Assembly (NCBI GenBank): GCA_963664825.1
Contig: OY761614.1
Location: 416,001-480,000 of the forward strand
Length of the DNA stretch: 64,000 nt
Direction: 5' to 3'
From: an uncultured Holophaga sp.
Lineage (GTDB): Bacteria > Acidobacteriota > Holophagae > Holophagales > Holophagaceae
Part shown: one piece after another, positions 17,892 through 27,879 of the stretch
How the letters are laid out: each line of letters starts with the position of its first letter
Numbering within the stretch: position 1 is the first letter of the stretch
Program-made: the position numbers and the translations under genes
The notes under the pieces: model-generated
The model's input: the letters and a program-made list of their open reading frames with translations, nothing else
Databases searched by the model: none
Told to the model about the DNA's origin: nothing

Positions 17892-19828
17892 TCCTCTTCG
17901 GGCTGGGCCTGCTCCTCATCGGATGCTCCGGCCTGCCGGGGCTCTTCCTGCGGGAGCGGGGTGCCGTCATCGCCACCCTCATGTTCGGCTTGGGCGCCCT
18001 CGCGGGCCTGGGGGCCGCGGCGCGGGTGCTGTTCGGAGGGCCGGTCGGAAGCGCACTCCTTCCCGCCCTGCCATTGAGTTCCCAGGGACTCCTCAGGCTG
18101 GACCCCCTGGGCGCCTTCTTCCTGGTACCGGTCCTGCTGCTCCCGGCCTGTGGGTCGATCTACGGCCTCGGGTACTGGGGCGACCACCAGGAGAACCCCC
18201 GCCGCCTCCGGATGCTGTATGGATTGACCACAGCCTTCCTGGCCCTCCTGGTGGCCGCCGCCCATACGCTCGTCTTCCTCCTGGCCTGGGAGGGCATGGC
18301 CATCACGGCCTTCTTCATGGTGATCACAGAGGACAGGGAGCCCCAGACGCGACGAGCCGCCTGGATCTACCTGGTGGCCACCCATTCCGGGACGCTCTGT
18401 CTCTTCGCGGCCTTCGCGCTGATGGCTGCGGCCACGGGTAGCTTCCTGTTCTCGCCCCTGGGCCAGGGGTTTGCCGCCAGCCCCCGGGGCACGGCCACCT
18501 TCCTGCTCTTTTTAACGGGTTTCGGCCTGAAGGCGGGGGTCCTGCCCCTGCACTTCTGGCTCCCCGAGGCCCATACGGCCGCCCCCAGCCACGTCTCGGC
18601 GGTCATGTCGGGGATCCTCATCAAGATGGGGATCCTGGGCATGATCCGCCTGATCTCCTGGGTGCCGGATCCCCCTTATTGGTGGGGAGGCCTCTTCATT
18701 ACCCTGGGCGCCCTCTCCGGCCTCCTCGGTGTGGCCCTGGCCCTGGGCCAGCATGATCTCAAGCGCCTCCTGGCCTACCACTCGGTGGAAAATATCGGGA
18801 TCATCCTGCTGGGCCTGGGCCTGGGCACACTCGGCAAGAGTTCCGGGAATCCGGTTCTCCAGCTCCTGGGATTTGCCGGGGCCCTCCTCCATGTGCTCAA
18901 CCACAGCCTCTTCAAGAGCCTGCTCTTCCTGGGGGCCGGTTCCATCCTGCACGCCACCGGGACGCGGAACCTGGAGCGCATGGGGGGGCTCGCCCACACC
19001 ATGCCCTTCACGGCCGGCACCTTCCTGGTGGGCTCCTGGGCCATCTGCGGCCTGCCCCCCCTCAATGGCTTCGTCAGCGAATGGCTGATCTACCTGGCCG
19101 CCTTCCAGGGGGTGCTGCATTCCCCCTCGGCCTGGGCCATCCTCACACTGGCCGCTCTCGCCCTCATCGGCGCCCTGGCGGCGGCCTGCTTCACCAAGGT
19201 CTTCGGCGCGGCCTTCCTGGGGACCCCCCGCTCGGTGGAAGCCGTGGGCGCCGTGGAATCCCCCAACAGCATGCGGCTCCCCATGGGAATTTTGGCCTGT
19301 GCCTGCCTCGTGATCGGCCTAGCCCCGGCCCTGCTGGTCCCCATGCTGGAGCGCGTCGTCTCGGTCATCGCAGTCCCCGGAGCGGCCAGCCTGGCGGGGC
19401 TCGCCCATCTCCCCCTCCTCACCTGCATCGCCCTGCCCCTCCTGGCCCTCGCGGCCCTCCTCTGGCAGTGGGCCCGGAAGGGGGCCTCCACGGGAGCCGA
19501 TCTCCCCACCTGGGATTGCGGATACACGGTCCCCCTGCCCCGGGCCCAGTACACGGCCTCCTCCTTCGCCGATGGCCTGGTCTCGGGAATGCGCATCGCC
19601 CTCTGGCCCCATGTGCACCTGCCGAAGCTGAAGGGCTTCTTCCCCTTCCCGGGGCGCTTCCAGAGCCATGTGCCGGACCCGATCCTCGACCGCCTGGCCG
19701 CCCCCACCCTGGCCTTCACCGCCAAGGGGTTCACCCTGCTGCGATTTTTCCAGAGCGGCCAACTCCAGGTCTACCTGCTCTACATCCTGCTCACCCTCGT
19801 TGCCCTCCTCGTCTGGATGGTGGTCTGA
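17888..19828 (+). CDS. hyfB: Hydrogenase-4 component B-like membrane subunit, copy 2
   Basis: ATGA overlap with copy 1; KAGVLPLHFWLPEAH, KRLLAYHSVENIG, LPPLNGFVSEW, TWDCGY. Confidence 0.88.
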   Translation: MILFGLGLLLIGCSGLPGLFLRERGAVIATLMFGLGALAGLGAAARVLFGGPVGSALLPALPLSSQGLLRLDPLGAFFLVPVLLLPACGSIYGLGYWGDHQENPRRLRMLYGLTTAFLALLVAAAHTLVFLLAWEGMAITAFFMVITEDREPQTRRAAWIYLVATHSGTLCLFAAFALMAAATGSFLFSPLGQGFAASPRGTATFLLFLTGFGLKAGVLPLHFWLPEAHTAAPSHVSAVMSGILIKMGILGMIRLISWVPDPPYWWGGLFITLGALSGLLGVALALGQHDLKRLLAYHSVENIGIILLGLGLGTLGKSSGNPVLQLLGFAGALLHVLNHSLFKSLLFLGAGSILHATGTRNLERMGGLAHTMPFTAGTFLVGSWAICGLPPLNGFVSEWLIYLAAFQGVLHSPSAWAILTLAALALIGALAAACFTKVFGAAFLGTPRSVEAVGAVESPNSMRLPMGILACACLVIGLAPALLVPMLERVVSVIAVPGAASLAGLAHLPLLTCIALPLLALAALLWQWARKGASTGADLPTWDCGYTVPLPRAQYTASSFADGLVSGMRIALWPHVHLPKLKGFFPFPGRFQSHVPDPILDRLAAPTLAFTAKGFTLLRFFQSGQLQVYLLYILLTLVALLVWMVV

Positions 19829-19831
19829 ACC

Positions 19832-20758
19832 ATGTCCGATTCCACGTTCCTCCGCATCCTCCACCTCCTGCTGCACGTCCTCACGGCCCTACTGCTCTCG
19901 CCGCTCATCCCGGGCCTGATCAACAAGGTCAAGGCCGTGATGGCCGGGCGCAACGGCCCGCCGGTCCTCCAGCTCTACTTCGATCTGGCCAAGCTGGCCC
20001 GCAAGCGGGCCGTGTTCAGCCGCACCACCACCTGGGTCTTCCTGGCGGGCCCCGTGGCCACAGTGGCGGCAGGCTTCATGGCCTCCCTGCTGGTGCCCTT
20101 CGGCCACTCCCCGGCCCCCATCCACTTCGAGGGGGACATGATCCTCTTCGCTTACCTATTCGGCCTGGCGCGCTTCGCCACGGTGCTCTCGGCGCTTGAT
20201 ACGGGATCGAGCTTCGAAGGCATGGGGGCGGCCCGGGAGGTCACCTTTTCGGCCCTGGCCGAACCCACCCTCTTCCTGGGATTTGCCGCTCTGGCCAGAT
20301 CCTCGGGCAGCCTCTCCCTCTCCGGGATGCTGGCTTCCCCCGGCTTTGCCATCTCCAAGGCCACAGGCCCGCTGATCCTGGTGCTGGCGGGCTGGGTGAT
20401 CGTCTTTCTCGCGGAGAATTCCCGCATCCCCGTGGATGATCCCAATACCCATCTGGAGCTCACCATGATCCACGAAGCCATGATCCTGGATCACTCCGGG
20501 CGCCCTCTGGCCCTCATCCTGTACGGCGCCAGCCTCAAGCTGCTGGTGCTGGGGGCGCTCATCGTGGGGCCCCTCCTGCCCCGCACCCATAGCGTCTGCC
20601 TGGACTGGGGCGTCTACTTTCTGGGGATCGGCCTGCTGGCCTGTGTGGTGGGCCTGGTGGAGAGCGCCACGGCCCGCTTCCGCATGATCAAGGTGCCCCA
20701 GTTCCTGGTGGCGGGCCTCCTGGCCACGGCCTTCGCCTTCTTCCTGATGCAGGCATAA
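19832..20758 (+). CDS. hyfC: HyfC/HycD (NuoH-like) membrane subunit
   Basis: GRNGPPVLQ, LDTGSSFEGMGAARE, AENSRIPVDDPNTHLELTMIHE. Confidence 0.9.
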   Translation: MSDSTFLRILHLLLHVLTALLLSPLIPGLINKVKAVMAGRNGPPVLQLYFDLAKLARKRAVFSRTTTWVFLAGPVATVAAGFMASLLVPFGHSPAPIHFEGDMILFAYLFGLARFATVLSALDTGSSFEGMGAAREVTFSALAEPTLFLGFAALARSSGSLSLSGMLASPGFAISKATGPLILVLAGWVIVFLAENSRIPVDDPNTHLELTMIHEAMILDHSGRPLALILYGASLKLLVLGALIVGPLLPRTHSVCLDWGVYFLGIGLLACVVGLVESATARFRMIKVPQFLVAGLLATAFAFFLMQA

Positions 20759-20760
20759 CG

Positions 20761-21396
20761 ATGTTCAGAGACTTCCTCATCGCCCTCCTCATGCTCACCA
20801 ACTTCACCCTGGTGGCCACCAGCCGGATCAACAAGGCGATCCAGGTCACGGTGGTCCAGGGTGTGCTCCTGGGCCTCTTGCCCATCGCCATGGGCCTGGG
20901 CCGCCATGTCCACATCCTCCTCATGGTGGGCGCCGCCCTCACGGTGAAGGCCTGGCTCATCCCCTTCCTCTTCCGGAAGGCGCTGCGCGCGGTGAAGACC
21001 CAGCGGGAGGTCGACCCCACCATCGGCTTCACCACCTCCCTGATCCTCTGCGCCCTGGGCACGGGCCTCAGCCTGCTGCTCACCAGCAACCTGCCCATGC
21101 CCCAAGGCCGGAGCGACACCATGTTCGTATCGGCCGCCCTCTCGACCCTGCTGACGGGATTCCTGCTGCTCATCTCCCGAAGGAAGGCCCTGACTCAAGT
21201 CGTCGGCTACCTGGTGCTGGAGAATGGCATCTACATCTTCAGCCTCCTGCTCATCGAGGAGATGCCCCTCCTGGTGGAGACGGGGATCCTGCTGGATCTC
21301 TTCGTGGGCATCTTCGTGATGGGCATCGTCATCCACCACATCAGCGTGGCCTTCGATTCCACGGACACCCGGCACCTGGCCGCACTGAAGGACTGA
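20761..21396 (+). CDS. hyfE: HyfE membrane subunit
   Basis: SRRKALTQVVGYLVLENGI, VETGILLD; position in the operon. Confidence 0.88.
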   Translation: MFRDFLIALLMLTNFTLVATSRINKAIQVTVVQGVLLGLLPIAMGLGRHVHILLMVGAALTVKAWLIPFLFRKALRAVKTQREVDPTIGFTTSLILCALGTGLSLLLTSNLPMPQGRSDTMFVSAALSTLLTGFLLLISRRKALTQVVGYLVLENGIYIFSLLLIEEMPLLVETGILLDLFVGIFVMGIVIHHISVAFDSTDTRHLAALKD

Positions 21397-21399
21397 GAC

Positions 21400-22833
21400 A
21401 TGGCCTGGTATCTCATCGTTCTCCCCCTCCTGGCCGCCGTCCTGGCCTTCTTCACCCGGTCCATCACGCTGAGGGTCCGACTCCTGCCCGCCACGGCCAC
21501 CCTCCACCTGATCGGCCTCGTCTTTGCCTTGCGGGGCTGGGGCCGACTGCCCCCCACCGCCTGGCTGGGCCTGGACGCCCTCGGGGGATGGGTGCTGCTG
21601 GTCATCAGCGTCCTGTTCTGCATTTGCGCCTTCTACGCCCCGGCCTACCTCGCCCTCCGCCCCGAGCGGGATAACCGCGTCTTCACCTTCAGCTTCCTCA
21701 GCATCCTGGGCCTGGCCTCCCTGCTGGCCCAGGCCCGGCATCCGGGGCTGGTGTGGGTGGCCATGGAGACGACGACGCTGGCCACTGCGCCCCTGATCTA
21801 CTTCAATCACAACCGGCGCTCCCTGGAAGCCACCTGGAAATACCTGATCCTAGGCTCCGTCGGCATCGCGCTGGCCCTGCTGGGCACCCTGTTCATCGCC
21901 TACGCCGCCCACATGGCCGGCATCCGGGAAGCGCTCACCTTCAACACCCTGATGCACCACGCGACCAGTCTGCCCAAACCCTGGTTGAGGGCGGGCTTCG
22001 TCCTCACCCTGGTGGGCTACGGCACCAAGATGGGCCTGGCGCCCCTCCATTCCTGGAAGCCGGACGCCTATGGCGAGACGCCGGGGGTCATCGGCGCCCT
22101 CCTGGCTGGCGGCATCACCAGCTGCGCCTTCCTGGCGCTGCTGCGGATCTTCGCGGTGCTCTCCGCGGCCGGAGAGGCTCCCTTCGCCCGAGAGCTCATG
22201 GTGGCCCTCGGCCTCCTGTCGATGGCCTGGGCCATGGTCTTCATGGTGCGCCAGCTGGATATCCGGCGCCTGCTGGCCTATTCCAGCGTCGAGCACATGG
22301 GAATCCTGGTATTCGGCATCGGCATCGGGGGCGTGGCCGCGCGCTTCGCCCTCTTCCACCTGGCCGCCAATGCCCTGGTGAAGGGCGTCCTCTTTATGTC
22401 GGCCGGCAACATCCACCGGAGCTACGGGAGCCATCAGCTGCCCCATGTGACCGGCGCCATCCGACGCACGCCGGTATCCGGCTGGCTCTTCATCCTGGGC
22501 TTCCTGGCCATCACGGGCACGCCTCCCTTCGCGCCCTTCATCAGCGAATTCAATATCGCCGCGGTGGCCCTCTCCCGGCAGAACCTCTGGCTGGGAGCGG
22601 CCTTCCTCCTCTTCCTGGGGGGCATCTTCATCGCCATGAGCGATACCGTGTTGCAGGTGATCTTCGGAACCCCCAGTCCCAACCGCATGCGGACGCCCTA
22701 CCGGGATACCTTCGCCACCACCGCGCCCCTGGTGATCGCCCTCCTGCTCTCACTGACCATGGGCCTCTGGCTGCCGCGGCCCCTGGCTTCGATGATCCAG
22801 AACGCCGCGGCCCTCGTGGAGGGAAGGCTGTGA
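21400..22833 (+). CDS. hyfF: HyfF antiporter-like membrane subunit
   Basis: WVAMETTTLA, SLEATWKY, GYGTKMGLAPLHSWKPDAY, RRLLAYSSVEHMG. Confidence 0.9.
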   Translation: MAWYLIVLPLLAAVLAFFTRSITLRVRLLPATATLHLIGLVFALRGWGRLPPTAWLGLDALGGWVLLVISVLFCICAFYAPAYLALRPERDNRVFTFSFLSILGLASLLAQARHPGLVWVAMETTTLATAPLIYFNHNRRSLEATWKYLILGSVGIALALLGTLFIAYAAHMAGIREALTFNTLMHHATSLPKPWLRAGFVLTLVGYGTKMGLAPLHSWKPDAYGETPGVIGALLAGGITSCAFLALLRIFAVLSAAGEAPFARELMVALGLLSMAWAMVFMVRQLDIRRLLAYSSVEHMGILVFGIGIGGVAARFALFHLAANALVKGVLFMSAGNIHRSYGSHQLPHVTGAIRRTPVSGWLFILGFLAITGTPPFAPFISEFNIAAVALSRQNLWLGAAFLLFLGGIFIAMSDTVLQVIFGTPSPNRMRTPYRDTFATTAPLVIALLLSLTMGLWLPRPLASMIQNAAALVEGRL

Positions 22834-24341
22834 ACGGGAACCGCTTCGCCCTCATCGGAAACGGCCAGGCCCTGGCCCTCAAGGAGGTCCCGGAACTGGG
22901 CCTGGCGGAATTCCGGGCCTCCATCCTCCAGGGCGTGCGCACCGGCAGCCGCTTGGCCTGCCTCTGCGCCGACGGACAGCATCGCCTCTTCGCCGTCCTG
23001 GCCGACGATGCCGAGGGCCGACTCCGTGTTGGACGCACTCGAGTCGAGGGCAACGCCTACCCCTCCCTCACGCCGGAATGCCCCCAGGCCCACCTCTTCG
23101 AGCGGGAGATGGCCGAACAGTTCGGCCTGCGCCCCGAGGACCATCCCTGGTTCAAGCCCCTGCGTTTCCACGCCCCCTGGTCGGGAGAGGACCCCTGGGA
23201 CCGGAAGGAGATCCTGCCCGGCGTCCTGGACTTCTACCAGGTCCGGGGCGAGGAGGTCCACGAGGTCTCGGTGGGCCCCGTCCACGCCGGGGTCATCGAG
23301 CCCGGTCACTTCCGCTTCCAGTGCCACGGGGAGCGGGTCTTCCACCTGGAGATCGCCCTGGGCTTCCAGCACCGGGGCATCGAGCGGACCCTCATGGGCG
23401 GCCCCCATCCCTTGAGCCTGAAGCACGCCGAGACCGCCTGCGGCGACACCACCATCGGCCACGGATGGGCCTACTGCCAGGCCCTGGAGGCCCTGGCGGG
23501 TGTGAGGGTGCCTCCCCGCTCCCAGCAGGTCCGCAGCGTGGCACTGGAACTGGAGCGCATGGCCAATCATACGGGGGACCTGGGGGCCATGGCCGGGGAC
23601 GTGGGTTTCCTGCCCACGTCATCTTTCTGCGGGCGCATCCGGGGCGAGTGGCTGAACCTCAGCGCCGAAGTCTGCGGCAGCCGCCTGGGACGGGACTGGC
23701 TGCGTCCCGGAGGGCTGCGCATGGAGCTCGAGCCCGAGAGGGCGGCCCTGCTCCTGGAGCGCATGACCCAGATTTGGAAGGACACTCAGGATGCCGTGGA
23801 ACTCCTGTGGGGCGCGGCCTCGGTCCTGAACCGCTTCGACGCCTGCGGCAAGGTCGACCCCATCCAGGCCCGGGAGATCGGCCTGGTGGGCGTCCCGGCC
23901 CGGGCCTGCGGCATCGCGCTCGATGTGCGCAAGGATCATCCCTTCGGCCCCTATGGCCAGCATCCCGTGAGCCCGTCCACGGCCCACAGCGGCAGTGTGC
24001 ATTCCCGCGCCTGGGTGCGCTGGGTGGAGCTGGGCGAGAGCCACCGCTTCCTCACCGAGCGATTGGAAGCCCTGGCAGGCAGCGAGCCCGACCCGAGCCC
24101 AGAGCCCCTTCCCCCCCTGGCACCGGAGAGCCTGGCCGTGTCCTTGGTGGAGGGCTGGAGGGGTGAGGTGCTCCACCTGGCCATCACCAACGCCGAGGGC
24201 CGTTTCGAGCGCTACAAGCTCGTGGATCCCTCCTTCCACAACTGGTACGGATTGGCGCTGGCCCTGCGGGGGGAGCAGATCTCGGATTTCCCCTTATGCA
24301 ACAAGAGCTTCAATCTCTCCTACTGCGGACACGATCTCTGA
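22830..24341 (+). CDS. hyfG: HyfG/HycE-like (NuoC+NuoD-like) large subunit lacking NiFe-binding CxxC motifs (EhrL-type)
   Basis: GTGA overlap; VGPVHAGVIEPGHFRF, HRGIE, VEGWRGE, DPSFHNW. The N-terminal site reads ETACGDTT and the C-terminus DFPLCNKSFNLSYCGHDL instead of CxxC / DPCxxC. Confidence 0.88.
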   Translation: MNGNRFALIGNGQALALKEVPELGLAEFRASILQGVRTGSRLACLCADGQHRLFAVLADDAEGRLRVGRTRVEGNAYPSLTPECPQAHLFEREMAEQFGLRPEDHPWFKPLRFHAPWSGEDPWDRKEILPGVLDFYQVRGEEVHEVSVGPVHAGVIEPGHFRFQCHGERVFHLEIALGFQHRGIERTLMGGPHPLSLKHAETACGDTTIGHGWAYCQALEALAGVRVPPRSQQVRSVALELERMANHTGDLGAMAGDVGFLPTSSFCGRIRGEWLNLSAEVCGSRLGRDWLRPGGLRMELEPERAALLLERMTQIWKDTQDAVELLWGAASVLNRFDACGKVDPIQAREIGLVGVPARACGIALDVRKDHPFGPYGQHPVSPSTAHSGSVHSRAWVRWVELGESHRFLTERLEALAGSEPDPSPEPLPPLAPESLAVSLVEGWRGEVLHLAITNAEGRFERYKLVDPSFHNWYGLALALRGEQISDFPLCNKSFNLSYCGHDL

Positions 24342-24348
24342 GGCACCC

Positions 24349-25128
24349 ATGATCCACATTCTGCTCTCCCGGTGGCGCCAGGGGCATCGCACGATGGCCT
24401 ATCCCAAGTCCCTGCCCCCCCTGCCCCAGCGGCTCCGGGGCAGGCCGGAGCTCCGCCCAGGCGCCTGTCCCGAAGGCTGCCGCGCCTGCGCGGAGGCCTG
24501 TCCCACCGGGGCCATCGAAATCGGCATCAAGGGCCCAGCCCTGGATCTCGGGCGCTGCCTCTTCTGCCCCGATTGCACGGAGGCCTGCCCTGAAGGAGCC
24601 ATCACCTTCACCCAGGATCACCGCCTGGCCGTGCGGGAACGGGGGGATCTGTGCTTGGAACCAGGCGACGGGCTCTTCCTCGCCAAGGCCCTGGAGGCTC
24701 AAGTCATGCGCGTCTTCGGGCGCAGCCTGAAGCTGCGGGTGGTGAGCGCGGGGGGCTGCAACGGATGTGAAGTGGACGTGAACGTGCTCCAGACCATCGG
24801 CTGGGACCTGGGCCGCTTCGGCATCCAGATGGTGGCCAGCCCCCGCCACGCCGACGCCGTAGTCATCATCGGCCCGGTCACCAAGCACATGGATCTGGCC
24901 CTCCGGAAGACCCTGGACGCCACCGCGGAGCCCAAGCTCGTCATCGCCGTCGGCTCCTGCGCCATCTCCGGCGGCCCCTTCCTCCACCAGGAGGAGCAAC
25001 TGGGCGGCTGCGGCGGCGCAGGCATTCCCGTGGATCTCTACATCCCCGGATGCCCCCCCCACCCCCTCACCATCCTGGATGGGCTCCTGAGGCTCCTGGG
25101 GAAAGTGGGAGCCAACGTCGGGGCGTGA
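24349..25128 (+). CDS. Fused 2x[4Fe-4S] ferredoxin (HyfH-like) and NuoB/HyfI-like small subunit
   Basis: CPEGCRACAEACP and CLFCPDCTEACP, then GGCNGCE, SPRHAD, GSCA, IPGCPPHP. Confidence 0.88.
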   Translation: MIHILLSRWRQGHRTMAYPKSLPPLPQRLRGRPELRPGACPEGCRACAEACPTGAIEIGIKGPALDLGRCLFCPDCTEACPEGAITFTQDHRLAVRERGDLCLEPGDGLFLAKALEAQVMRVFGRSLKLRVVSAGGCNGCEVDVNVLQTIGWDLGRFGIQMVASPRHADAVVIIGPVTKHMDLALRKTLDATAEPKLVIAVGSCAISGGPFLHQEEQLGGCGGAGIPVDLYIPGCPPHPLTILDGLLRLLGKVGANVGA

Positions 25129-25286
25129 AGAACAAAATCCGCCACAAGGGCACAGAGAAAAGCGCGGGGGAGAACCCCTCGGGGGTCTGGATTTGATCCT
25201 GTGGCCGGTTGCATGTACTTGACTGCGGCTCGGTCTTCTCTGCGACACTCCGACCCATCACGGCATCCCAGGTATCGGAGACCAAC

Positions 25287-25715
25287 ATGAACCCTTCGGG
25301 CATTCTCGATGTCGCCCACAGCATCCAACTCGCCGTGGCGCCGGTCTTCCTGCTTTCCGCCGTGGGCGTCTTCCTGACGGTGCTCACGAACCGCCTCGCC
25401 CGCATCATCGACCGGGCGCGGCTGCTGGAGCGCTCCCTGGCCGAACCGGAGGAGAGTCACGTCGAACTGCGGGACCTGGCGAAGCGGGCCCGCATGATAC
25501 AGATCGCCATCGCCCTCTCCACGGTCTGCGCGCTCCTCATCTGCCTGGTGATCGTCACCCTCTTCGCGGGGGTGGCCCTCTCCCGGGATCTCTCTCGGCT
25601 CATCGTCATCTTCTTCGTGGTGGGCCTGGGGGCCTTCATCGGCGCCCTGCTGGTCTTCCTCCTGGAGATCCGCGCGGCCATCACCGCCCTGCACCTCGGC
25701 CCGGAAGGCCGCTGA
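25287..25715 (+). CDS. DUF2721-family membrane protein
   Basis: IQLAVAPVFLL, LTNRLARIIDRAR, FLLEI; GGAG RBS. Confidence 0.8.
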   Translation: MNPSGILDVAHSIQLAVAPVFLLSAVGVFLTVLTNRLARIIDRARLLERSLAEPEESHVELRDLAKRARMIQIAIALSTVCALLICLVIVTLFAGVALSRDLSRLIVIFFVVGLGAFIGALLVFLLEIRAAITALHLGPEGR

Positions 25716-25722
25716 GGAACGC

Positions 25723-26388
25723 TCAGGCGCGCCGGGAGGCGATCCGCTCGCTGAGGCGATAGACGCCATAGGTGATGGCGTAGGCGGCGATGATATCGAG
25801 GGTGTAGTGCATGTGGGCCAGGAACACCACCCCCAGCGTGAAGAGATTCAGGACCAGGAAGACCCGGCTCGCCTTGCCGAAACGGCGACTGAAGAGGTAG
25901 AGCAGGAAGGTCGTGGCGATGTGGCCACTGAAGAAGAGATCCTTGGTCAGGTAGACGCCCGCGGCATTGCCCCCGATGGCCTTGAAGGGATTGAGGATGG
26001 CGAGGAGGGCCGGCCAGACCGCGAAGGGGTGAAGCGCATTGAGATCCGGGCCCATGACCGGGCCGATCCCCGCCAGGGGGATCATCAGCCCCCGTAGCAG
26101 GGAGAGGGCCGCGTCCGTAAGGACCAGGCGGATGAAGAGGGAGCGGTTCTTCCAGCCGATCCAGAGGGCCGGGGGGATGTAGCACAGGAGCCAGAGGATG
26201 TAGTTCCACCGGGCCAGCCAATCGATATAGGGCATGTGCTGCAACAGCAGATCCGGAACCGCAACCCCGGGCCGCAGCTCGTGGGGCAGGATGAGCAGCA
26301 GCGCGATGCCGTGGCAGAGATAGCGGAATGCCAGCACAGCCAGGAGGATGAGCCAGAAGGGCTGGGGCGTCTTTCCATTCCTGTCCAT
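25723..26388 (-). CDS. PAP2-superfamily membrane protein, sphingomyelin/IPC-synthase-like
   Basis: DLFFSGH and HMHYTLDI motifs (His-His-Asp triad pattern); multiple TM helices. Confidence 0.75.
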   Translation of the reverse strand: MDRNGKTPQPFWLILLAVLAFRYLCHGIALLLILPHELRPGVAVPDLLLQHMPYIDWLARWNYILWLLCYIPPALWIGWKNRSLFIRLVLTDAALSLLRGLMIPLAGIGPVMGPDLNALHPFAVWPALLAILNPFKAIGGNAAGVYLTKDLFFSGHIATTFLLYLFSRRFGKASRVFLVLNLFTLGVVFLAHMHYTLDIIAAYAITYGVYRLSERIASRRA

Positions 26389-26716
26389 GAGCCATGATAG
26401 CGGCGGCCAGCCCCGGGAAGACCGACAGCGTCCATCCTCGAAGGACTGGGTCAGGAAGGAGAGGGCCCCCAGTTCAGGCGCAGGCCGTGCCGAGACCGCC
26501 ATGGGCGGCTGAAGTCACATACGCTCGAAACAAGGACACGATCCATCCCGGAGCCACACCCGATACCAAGCCCAGGCCGGCCGACCCATCATTCAGCAGT
26601 TCGCCCACTGCTTCCCTCCGCTGGGAACAACCCTCCTGCGGCCCGCGGGCAGGACCTTTAGCCTGAACTCAGCGCGGTTTCCAATTGGAATCCTCCGCGC
26701 CATTCGGGAGGATACC

Positions 26717-27877
26717 GTGCTGCCCATCGCGCTCAAGATGCTCTTCGGGGACCGGGGGAAATACCTCGGCATCGTCATCGGCATCGCCCTGGCGACGGTC
26801 CTGATGATTCAGCAACCGGGCATCCTCATTTCGATCCTCAAGACCGTCAACGGGGTCATCAACGATGTCTCGGGCGTGGACATCTGGGTCATGGATCCCA
26901 TGGTGAAGAGCGTCGACGATGCCAAGCCCCTGATGGACACGCAGCTCTATCGGGTGAAGGGGGTGCAGGGCGTCGCCTGGGCCGTTCCGTTCTACAAGGG
27001 CAGCTGCAAGGTTCGCATGGCCAACGGCGAGACGGTGCAGTCCGTCGCCATCGGCTTGGACGACGCCACCCTCATCGGCGGTCCCGGCCAGCTCCTGCAT
27101 GGCAGCCTCGCGGACCTTCGCCAGCCCGACAGCATCATCGTGGACAAGGCGGGTGCGGATGGGCGCCTGGCCAAGCCCTCCAGCACACCCGGAGGCAAGC
27201 CCACACCCCTCCAGGTGGGAGACACCCTCGAGATCAACGACCGGCGCGCCGTCGTAGTCGGCATCGCCCAGGCCACCCAGACCTTCGCCTCCCAGCCCAC
27301 CATCTACACCACCTACACCCGGGCGAAGACCTTCGCGCTCACCGAACGCAAGATGCTCACCTTCATCCTGGCCAAGGCCCGACCGGGGGAGGACCCGGGC
27401 GCCGTGGCGGCCCGCATCGCCCGCCAGACGGGACTCGGGGCCTATTCGGCCCAGCAGTTCAAGGCCAAGAACCTGGAATACATGGTGAAGAACACCAGCA
27501 TCATCGTCAATTTTGGCTTCGTGGTCCTGGTCGGTTTCATCGTCGGCGCGGCGGTCACGGGCCAGATCTTCTACAACTTCACCTTGGACAACCTGCGGCA
27601 CTTCGGGGTGTTCAAGGCCATGGGTGCCACGGACGGCATTCTCAGGCGCATGATCCTGCTCCAGGCCGCGGTGGTGGGGCTGATCGGCTTCGGGCTGGGA
27701 GCCGGTTTCACGAGCCTGTTCGCGCTCAACAGCAGCAGCTCGGACCTCGGCATGACCTTGAACTGGACGCTCCTATTGGCCAGCGGAGGCGCCGTCATGA
27801 TCATCGTCCTGCTGGCGGCCCTCCTGAGCATCCGCAAGGTCATGAAACTCGAACCCGCCATCGTCTTCAAGGGCTAA
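26717..27877 (+). CDS. ABC exporter permease (MacB/FtsX/DevC-like)
   Basis: N-terminal TM, large periplasmic domain, FGVFKAMGA, C-terminal LEPAIVFK. Confidence 0.9.
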   Translation: MLPIALKMLFGDRGKYLGIVIGIALATVLMIQQPGILISILKTVNGVINDVSGVDIWVMDPMVKSVDDAKPLMDTQLYRVKGVQGVAWAVPFYKGSCKVRMANGETVQSVAIGLDDATLIGGPGQLLHGSLADLRQPDSIIVDKAGADGRLAKPSSTPGGKPTPLQVGDTLEINDRRAVVVGIAQATQTFASQPTIYTTYTRAKTFALTERKMLTFILAKARPGEDPGAVAARIARQTGLGAYSAQQFKAKNLEYMVKNTSIIVNFGFVVLVGFIVGAAVTGQIFYNFTLDNLRHFGVFKAMGATDGILRRMILLQAAVVGLIGFGLGAGFTSLFALNSSSSDLGMTLNWTLLLASGGAVMIIVLLAALLSIRKVMKLEPAIVFKG

Positions 27878-27879
27878 CC

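Noticed and set aside
25135..25210. GCCACAAGG...CCTGTGGC inverted repeat after the Ehr operon
   Set aside because: Imperfect, single copy in the window and no U-tract; cannot be called a terminator or REP element.
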